Assembly (NCBI GenBank): GCA_007131555.1
Contig: SLQH01000477.1
Span: 1 to 30,626, forward strand
Direction of reading: 5' to 3'
DNA length: 30,626 bases
Source: Planctomycetota bacterium
Lineage (GTDB): Bacteria > Planctomycetota > UBA11346
The notes under the pieces were generated by a model that had not been told where the DNA came from, ran no database searches, and was given only the letters and a program-made list of their open reading frames with translations. This document shows, in pieces, positions 24,201-30,626 of this stretch (position 1 is its first letter; every line of letters starts with the position of its first letter). A program made the translations under genes and the position numbers.

Positions 24201-24848
24201 GACATCATGCAGGATGTGATCCTGGCGATTGAGATAATGGACCCAGTTGGTTGCCACCAGGGGCAGGTCGAGATGTCGGGCCAGTTCGATGTTGCCGGCC
24301 AGGGCGCTGACGGGCCCTTCATCACCATGATTGCAGACCTCGACGAACAGACGGTCGGCAAAGATGTCACGCAGGATGCCGGCCTGCCGCTCGGCCTCTT
24401 GGGGGGCACCAGCGAGCAGATGGTGATTGAGAAAGCCATCCGGACCGGCCCCGGTCAGGCAGATCAGCCCGGGCGCATAGCGGGCGATGCGTTCGATATC
24501 GACCCGTGATTCGTAGTAGAAGCCCTCCAGCCAGCCTTCACTGACCAGACGGACCAGATTGCGGTAGCCGGTGGTGTCAGCAGCCAACAGGACCAGCTGC
24601 AGCATGTCGCGGGTCTTTTCGGTCATGCCCAGCGGGGCGATGTTGACCTGACAGCCGATGATGCCCTTGATGCCCGCCTTGTGGCAACGGCTGTGCAGAT
24701 CGAAGGCCCCAAACAGGCCGCCGCGATCGGTCAGGGCGATGGCGTCCATGTTGCGGTCCAGGGCTCCCTGCACCAGCGTGGCGACGGTATTCGTCGATTC
24801 CAGCAAGGTGAAATGGGAATGGACATGCAAATGGACGAAGTCAGGCAC
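21240..24848 (-). CDS. dnaE: DNA polymerase III alpha subunit
   Basis: PHP domain (HLHVHS), GPGRGSAAGS, FERFLNP, catalytic PDIDIDF, KMDFLGL, YCFNKSHS and C-terminal OB fold. No intein. Confidence 0.98.
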   Translation of the reverse strand: MPDFVHLHVHSHFTLLESTNTVATLVQGALDRNMDAIALTDRGGLFGAFDLHSRCHKAGIKGIIGCQVNIAPLGMTEKTRDMLQLVLLAADTTGYRNLVRLVSEGWLEGFYYESRVDIERIARYAPGLICLTGAGPDGFLNHHLLAGAPQEAERQAGILRDIFADRLFVEVCNHGDEGPVSALAGNIELARHLDLPLVATNWVHYLNRQDHILHDVQLAVQKVTTLEDPRRKRMPSDRFHLASAEEMAELFADLPEAISNTRRVSEMCASDVLPTGSYHLPYFTCPDNLSDIDYLRQLCATGMQQRYHGNPPPEADERLDFELQTIAEMGFAAYFLIVADFINWAKNENIPVGPGRGSAAGSLVAYAIGITDICPLRYGLLFERFLNPGRKSMPDIDIDFCKDGRGRVIDYVSQKYGSEAVVQIMTLGTMKARMAIKDVARAYGWTPEDAQTLANLVPEDPSGKHTIPVCLGHKPIKDDTYDVAEPMLARYTHDDRAKQVFDTAAGLENLGRSLGVHACGVIIAPGPVHDYVPVCAVKGRPATQYDMTQVEACGLLKMDFLGLKTMSILKTAADIAAQVDGARIDFPSLPLDDRRTFQFLGTGETLGVFQCESTGFQQLIRHLQPDRFEDMIALVALYRPGPLGANMHIDYCERKHGRQKVEYPHPVLEAILQETYGLYIYQEQVMNIARELCGFSPAEADDLRKAMGKKILAMLQSLRERFIAGALERHDFPAEKSAAMWENILGFASYCFNKSHSACYGLIAYWTAYMKAHHFAAFMTANLIYEMGNKDKMTLFSQELQRRNIPVLPPDINESGWEFTYTGTSVRFGFGGIKGVGHNAAQHLSALRDQDGPFTSLFDLCARINTRTVNKRVIEHLVKTGAFDSLHPNRQAACAAIDMAFDRGQRIAKTKAAAQATLFDAFEEDEAFRAQTQALPVMEDWGLGQRLAFEKELTGYWISSHPLNEHRATLDLHATHRSIDLIARPAGDVIVGAVVLSRRDIKTKSGKPMSILSLEDDHGRFEGVLFAGRENRRGIYEPGPCERFAADCTPDLVALFQGTVDKRQRRRRPAQTQDGNEANDGEAMDDDTEEIPSLIIAEMVPIDLAGERLTREITLHVDAEDPLTPQRLAQTRDLMAAHNGTCPVTALVQTGHDVLLTLRCGDGWQVHPSEAILAGLQDIWTETGVSVRHGRLGDDHSRSQTR

Positions 24849-24885
24849 GGGTTCCTCGTCGTCCGGTCGACCCCGCGGCCGGGAG

Positions 24886-26217
24886 TCAGAAGCGGATATG
24901 GCCGTTGAGGCCGAAGATGCTGATCATATCCTTGCCGGGGTCGTTGCGCGGGGCGACTTCGCGGAAGGCGTCGCCGGGCAGGAATATGCCGCCGAACAGG
25001 CCGAAGGAGGTGAACTCATTGTAGTGCCAGGTCAGCGTCAGGTCGTATTCCTGACCGAAGTCACGCGATCCGCCCAAGCTGCGATTGAGACGATACAGGG
25101 CTGCGACGGCCTTGGTCGTGAAGCCCCGGCGGGATCCAGGATCGCCAAATGACTGTTCAAAGGTCAGCTTGAAGGCATCCAGATTGCCCAGCATGTAGCC
25201 GGATAGTTCGCCGTAGCGTTCATGCTCGACGATCAGGGTATCGCTCACGCCTTCCCAGGGAGCAACGAAGGCGCCCAGGTTCCGATCGCCGACGCGATGA
25301 CCGGACAGGTGGTCATATTGCAGGGTCAGGACGGGGCTGTTGTCCTGCATGGCGGCCTGCTCCAGTTGCCACTGCATGCCGACGCTCAGTCCCAGACCCT
25401 TGAACTTGGTGTCGCTGTCAACATCGCCACTCTGGAACACGGTTTCGGCAAACAAATCGATGCCGTGGTCAAAGCGCATTTCCACGCCCAGGGAGTAGGA
25501 ATGCAGTTCGCGACCGTATTCGGGCAGATTGGCTCCGTCGACATCTCTGGTGGCAGCCAGGGGAACGTTGCGGGCGATGCTCAGCATCCCGGTGAAGAAC
25601 AGACGGTCGTCACCCAGGCGATCCGGTTGCCAGTCACCGGCAATGCCATAGATGGAGGTGCGGTCTCCGAGCTTGCCGCTGGTGTTGCCGTCGTGACCGG
25701 AGCTTTCTTCGATGATGAAGCCGAACGGCGACAGGGTGAAATTATCGACCTCCCAGTAGGCGCGGACGCCATCCCAGCGGTTGACCTCGGGATTGTCGGC
25801 GCGACTGTCATAGAGGAATCCGCCCCGGCCTGGGCGCAGATTCCAGCTGACCGGCTGCCGACCGATGCGCAGATGCAGTTCCGGACGCAGGAACTGACGC
25901 AAATCGATGTAGGCCTCATTGAGGGCGACGCGAGAGCGGGCATCGTCTTCATCGTCTCCGGCGATGCCCTGGTAGACAAAGCCGATGCTCAAGGCGACGC
26001 TGTCCTCAAACTTGATCTGGGTGCCGAGTCCGCAGCGGATCCACATCTGCTCCAGACGATCGTGGGCATCGCTGTCGCCATCAAGATAGTTGTTCTGGCT
26101 GATGCCTTCGATGAGCAGTTCACCGGTCAATACCTGTTCGGTCTCGACGGCCTGCAGGTTGATCAGCGCGGCCAGGCTACCGACGACGGGGAGCAGGCGG
26201 GGTACGGAAACGGACAT
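24886..26217 (-). CDS. Outer-membrane beta-barrel protein, alginate-export (AlgE)-like
   Basis: Signal peptide, LNEAYIDL, LRIGRQ, YDHLSG, GQEYDLTLTWHY, amphipathic strands and terminal Phe. Confidence 0.7.
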   Translation of the reverse strand: MSVSVPRLLPVVGSLAALINLQAVETEQVLTGELLIEGISQNNYLDGDSDAHDRLEQMWIRCGLGTQIKFEDSVALSIGFVYQGIAGDDEDDARSRVALNEAYIDLRQFLRPELHLRIGRQPVSWNLRPGRGGFLYDSRADNPEVNRWDGVRAYWEVDNFTLSPFGFIIEESSGHDGNTSGKLGDRTSIYGIAGDWQPDRLGDDRLFFTGMLSIARNVPLAATRDVDGANLPEYGRELHSYSLGVEMRFDHGIDLFAETVFQSGDVDSDTKFKGLGLSVGMQWQLEQAAMQDNSPVLTLQYDHLSGHRVGDRNLGAFVAPWEGVSDTLIVEHERYGELSGYMLGNLDAFKLTFEQSFGDPGSRRGFTTKAVAALYRLNRSLGGSRDFGQEYDLTLTWHYNEFTSFGLFGGIFLPGDAFREVAPRNDPGKDMISIFGLNGHIRF

Positions 26218-26321
26218 CAGAGCACCTCGTGGCTGGATCAGGGGAGTCCTTCACGGTCGAGCCGGGACTCTAGGCCCTCGGTCGCCACGGGCAAGCGCTG
26301 AGCCCTGCCCCCAGGGCATCC

Positions 26322-27404
26322 TCAGCCGCCGGCATGCTCGGCGGTCCAGACCTCCTGACGGCAAGCGCTGGCGGCGCTGGCGATGGCGGCATGGACCATG
26401 GCCAGGCTCTTGATGTTGTCGGCGGCGGCGGTCTCGGGCTGGCGGCCGTCGAGCAGGCAGGAGATGAAGTGGCGGATGGCACCATCGTGGCCCCGCCCTT
26501 CCACCGTTGGACAGTCCGCCGGGACCGGGATCGGCCCCAGGGCGCGGATCAGGTCGCCACCGTCCTCGGCGCTGGCCTGGGCCGGATCAACCAACCCTTC
26601 GGCCTGGATGTCCTGGTAGCCATCCCAGGTCACGGCTCCGGCGCTGCCGATGATGCGCCAGGCGCTCTCCCAGCTGGTTTGGGCCCCAGTGGCGGTCCAG
26701 CTGCCGCGATAGCTGAACATCGCCTCATCGAAGCGGAAACAGGCGCAGGCGCTGGCACCATGGCGATACCAGGAACCGACCGGGTTCCATTCGTCGGCCA
26801 CCACGCTGCGAGGGCTGCCGGGGGTGAACATGCGGGCCATGTCGAAGGTATGGATGGCCATGTCGAGCAGGAGGACGTGATCCATGCTGGCTCGGAAGCC
26901 GCCGAAGTGGGCGGCAATGAAGAAGTCGGCGTGGACGCTGTGGACGGTGCCGATGGCACCGCTGGCCAGGAAGGCCTGCAGTCGCCGGGCCTGGGGATTC
27001 CAGCGCCGGGTCTGGGTCACGGCATACAGCAGTCCGCTGGCACGGGCGGCGGCGACCATCTCCTGGGCCTGGGCCATGTCGGCGGCCATGGGCTTCTCGC
27101 CCAGCACATGACAACCGGCCGCCAGGGCGGTGGTGGTGATGGTGTGGTGGGCTTCGGGGACCGTGCAGTCGAAGACCACGGTCGCCCCGGAGTCCTTGAT
27201 CACGGTCGCCAGGTCCCGGCCGATGATCACCGACTGGTCGAGATCGTGGGCCTGCTGCAGGCGCTGGGCGGCCGCCAGATCGAGATCGACCAGACCGACG
27301 ATCCGGACCAGTTCGCGACAGGCATCGGTCTTCAGCCAGGCGTTGGAGATGCCGCCGCAGCCGGCCAGGACGACCGGGATCGGGGTGGTGAGGGGGGATG
27401 TCAT
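26322..27404 (-). CDS. Gfo/Idh/MocA family oxidoreductase
   Basis: Motifs AGCGGIS, TVPEAH, HVLGEKPMA and LLDMAIHTFD. Confidence 0.92.
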   Translation of the reverse strand: MTSPLTTPIPVVLAGCGGISNAWLKTDACRELVRIVGLVDLDLAAAQRLQQAHDLDQSVIIGRDLATVIKDSGATVVFDCTVPEAHHTITTTALAAGCHVLGEKPMAADMAQAQEMVAAARASGLLYAVTQTRRWNPQARRLQAFLASGAIGTVHSVHADFFIAAHFGGFRASMDHVLLLDMAIHTFDMARMFTPGSPRSVVADEWNPVGSWYRHGASACACFRFDEAMFSYRGSWTATGAQTSWESAWRIIGSAGAVTWDGYQDIQAEGLVDPAQASAEDGGDLIRALGPIPVPADCPTVEGRGHDGAIRHFISCLLDGRQPETAAADNIKSLAMVHAAIASAASACRQEVWTAEHAGG

Positions 27405-27472
27405 GGGACGCAGCTCCAGTGGTCAGGGTTCCAGATGGTGCAGTGACTGTGCCAGGTCCAAAGCGGCGGTCT

Positions 27473-27510
27473 TCCCGCTGCCTCCGATCGCATTCCTGGA
27501 TTGTCCGATC
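27473..27510. promoter_or_regulatory. Putative AraC-family operator: two 17-bp direct repeats with a 21-bp period
   Basis: TCCCGCTGCCTCCGATC (27473-27489) and TCCTGGATTGTCCGATC (27494-27510), 11/17 identical, lying between the divergent genes. Confidence 0.55.
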
Positions 27511-27535
27511 ACTGAAGACGCCTATATCAGGGTCC

Positions 27536-28414
27536 ATGGACAGGGAGTTCAGGATTCCGTCGAGCTGGGCGATGCGGTTGCCCATGGCCCCGCGTCATGA
27601 TCCGGAGCTGCATGTCCATCCGGTGCACGAGTTCTACATTGCCCATCGTGGTGGCTGGCAGCACATCAAGGGGGCGGTCCTGGCCATGAAGCACGGCGAC
27701 TGCTTCCTGTTTCCGGCCGGCATGCCGCATATCGGCAGCGGGGCCGAGCATGGGCTCAGCGAGGGCCTGGTGCTGAACGTTGATCCTCGTCTGCTGGATG
27801 ATGCTGCCCAGACGGGCCTGGAGGCCCGGCGGATGCTTGACGCCCTTTGTCGGCATGTGCATCGCCATGGCCCGGCGATTTCGCTGAGTCCTGAAGGTCG
27901 TCGGCAGGCGGCCAGGGCCATGATGCGGGTCATTGCCGAACACGCTGATTGGCGTCCAGCACGCAATATGGCGATCGTCTCCGCCATTCAGGCCTTTCTG
28001 GTGGTCCTGGCCCGTGATGGCACCTGTGCTGCGATGTGCCGGCCGTCCTTGCTTGAGAACGACCACAATAGCCAGCGGATTGAGATGGTCTGCTATTGGA
28101 TCGCCCAGCACTGCTTTGATCAGATCTCTGTGGCCCAGGCGGCGACTCTGGCCGGACTCAAGCGCAGTCGCTTTCATGAGGTCTTCCGCGCTGCTACTGG
28201 GGAGACCTTCACGGCCTATCTGACTCGCCTGCGCATTGAAGCGGCGCAGCGCCTGCTGGTGGAAAGCCGCCGCCCGGTGCTGGACATCTGTTTCCATGTC
28301 GGCTTCAACAGCGTGAGCCGTTTCTATGCCGCCTTTCGGGAGCGCAGTGGCCATAGTCCACAGGCCTGGCGGGACCAGCATCAAGGCCGACAAGAAAGCG
28401 CCGCTCCGGCATGA
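27536..28414 (+). CDS. AraC family transcriptional regulator (cupin sensor plus double HTH)
   Basis: Cupin LHVHPVHEF...GDCFLFPAGMPH; HTH region FHEVFRAATG, YLTRLRIEAA, VGFNSVSRFYAAFR. Start is either 27536 or 27584. Confidence 0.9.
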   Translation: MDREFRIPSSWAMRLPMAPRHDPELHVHPVHEFYIAHRGGWQHIKGAVLAMKHGDCFLFPAGMPHIGSGAEHGLSEGLVLNVDPRLLDDAAQTGLEARRMLDALCRHVHRHGPAISLSPEGRRQAARAMMRVIAEHADWRPARNMAIVSAIQAFLVVLARDGTCAAMCRPSLLENDHNSQRIEMVCYWIAQHCFDQISVAQAATLAGLKRSRFHEVFRAATGETFTAYLTRLRIEAAQRLLVESRRPVLDICFHVGFNSVSRFYAAFRERSGHSPQAWRDQHQGRQESAAPA

Positions 28415-28429
28415 GCAGGAGCGGCGCTT
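28396..28429. terminator. Hairpin between convergent araC-like gene and gap
   Basis: Perfect 12-bp inverted repeat AAGCGCCGCTCC/GGAGCGGCGCTT with a 10-nt loop. No clear U tract. Confidence 0.6.
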
Positions 28430-28461
28430 GATAGGTCGTCAGAGAGGCAGATCAGGGGAGA

Positions 28462-29505
<1,044 letters not shown>

Positions 29506-29554
29506 TCATGGGGGCGACGGACCGCCGTGGCGATCCGGGGTGTTGATGGTGGGG

Positions 29555-29716
29555 TTACTTGACCTTGATGCTGCGGACCTTGGGCAGTCCAAAGATGCCC
29601 TGGTCCTTGTCCCAGCGCTTGGTCGCCTTGAGCTGGTCAAGACGTTCCTGGCGGGTCAGGACGTTGCGATGCTTGGTCAGGCCGCCGCTGCCGGCGAAAC
29701 TACGATGGATGGTCAT
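29555..29716 (-). CDS. PVC-superphylum signature small basic protein (53 aa)
   Basis: MTIHRSFAGSGGLTKHRNVLTRQERLDQLKATKRWDKDQGIFGLPKVRSIKVK carries the RNVLxRxER...W...GLPK pattern. It appears in the ORF track only as the tail of a 140-aa ORF. Confidence 0.85.
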   Translation of the reverse strand: MTIHRSFAGSGGLTKHRNVLTRQERLDQLKATKRWDKDQGIFGLPKVRSIKVK

Positions 29717-29860
29717 GCTGAGATCCTTCCTGGTGACGCTGCCCGGTGGTGCCGATATCCGGGCGGAAGGGCACCATAGGCCCGATTGGCAAAACACAAG
29801 TGCCGACCCGCACCCCTTGGCCGGGGCTTGCCCCAGGGCTGCGACAGGTAGCATGCCTCC

Positions 29861-30442
29861 ATGATCGCCATCCAGCGTCTGGGCCTGATCGGAGTCCTGC
29901 TGCTGTGTGCCTGTGACCAGCAGCGCAGCGACACCCCGGCCATCGTTCGCGGCCAGGCCATGGCCCATGCCGACCATCTGGTCGAGTATCGGCGGCTGGA
30001 CTGGGGGCCGATCATCACCACCTGGGAGCCGGCCCCAGTGCCCGGCCTGCGGGGGGTGTGGTGGCAGATCGACTATCGTCCGGGCGAAACGGTACGCAGT
30101 GTCCTGGTGGATGCCGAATCGGGCTGGGCCCGCCTGCCGCCCGATGCGGTCCCCCTGCGCCGTCAGGCCTCCGGTCTGACCCCGGTGTCAGGACACTGGA
30201 TCATCGTGCTGGAAGACCCCCAGGTCGAGGACGGCAGCGGCCCAGCCCGGGTTGAGGCCCTGAATGCCCAACTGGCCGGGGACATCGAAGCCCTGGTCAG
30301 CCTGCGCCGCCTGCCCGACGGCCGGGTCCAGGCGGTCTACGGCTGGCGCGATGGCACCGGCATCCAACGCGACGCCCGTATCGCTGAACGCATCCAGCGC
30401 CGTCTCGGCCAACCGGTGCGCTGGCGCGACCTGTCGCAGTAG
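29861..30442 (+). CDS. Hypothetical lipoprotein
   Basis: Basic N-terminus, hydrophobic core and lipobox LCA-C; 193 aa. Confidence 0.7.
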   Translation: MIAIQRLGLIGVLLLCACDQQRSDTPAIVRGQAMAHADHLVEYRRLDWGPIITTWEPAPVPGLRGVWWQIDYRPGETVRSVLVDAESGWARLPPDAVPLRRQASGLTPVSGHWIIVLEDPQVEDGSGPARVEALNAQLAGDIEALVSLRRLPDGRVQAVYGWRDGTGIQRDARIAERIQRRLGQPVRWRDLSQ

Positions 30443-30626
30443 AAACCGCAGTAGCACACCATCGTCGCTGTCGCCTCTTGCCTGTGTGGGCTAGGAGTTT
30501 GTAAGGGATAGCGACCGAAATGGCCCCGCCAGTCGACGTGTCAGTCTGTTGCTGACGGCCTAGCAGCATTATTACACGGAGTACCGGGCCTTGGCCCGCG
30601 TACATTGGCGGGCGATGATCCTTGAG

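Noticed and set aside
21240-24848. Intein or split dnaE
   Set aside because: Continuous 1202-aa ORF of normal length with no splicing motifs.
30443-30626. Riboswitch (ZTP-like GACTGGCG on the minus strand) in the terminal intergenic region
   Set aside because: The downstream GGGAGC and CGCCTGGG elements are missing and only short hairpins are present. The context is cut by the window edge.

Overview
GC-rich bacterial chromosome segment from a PVC-superphylum organism, probably Planctomycetota: it encodes the PVC signature small basic protein (29555-29716) and RNase Y. The backbone is housekeeping: yajL, a LolA-like gene, trpD, smpB, an eda-hisC-dxr-NAD kinase operon, rny, fetAB-like ABC genes, dnaE, an AlgE-like porin, a Gfo/Idh/MocA oxidoreductase with a divergent AraC regulator, and gap. 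Five less ordinary things are embedded in it. (1) A family of 9-bp-periodic repeats (NNCRCRRAG)n occurs in three sequence variants and both orientations. It lies inside a duplicated ~150-bp element with variable unit number and also brackets the only accessory island. (2) That ~2.4-kb island holds an intact MNT antitoxin, a doubly broken HEPN toxin, a catalytic-domain-only tyrosine recombinase and an intact YefM-YoeB pair with its operator. (3) A 160-bp MITE-like foldback with terminal inverted repeats and a 5-bp target duplication lies upstream of trpD. (4) A 933-aa ORF fuses a GT4 glycosyltransferase, via a signal/TM-like segment, to a DUF5060/clan GH-A hydrolase. (5) A long structured rny leader contains a 6S-RNA-like rod and a perfect CRP-type box. 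All product calls come from motif recognition by eye; no database search or folding program was run. Several start codons are moved downstream of the ORF-track starts.
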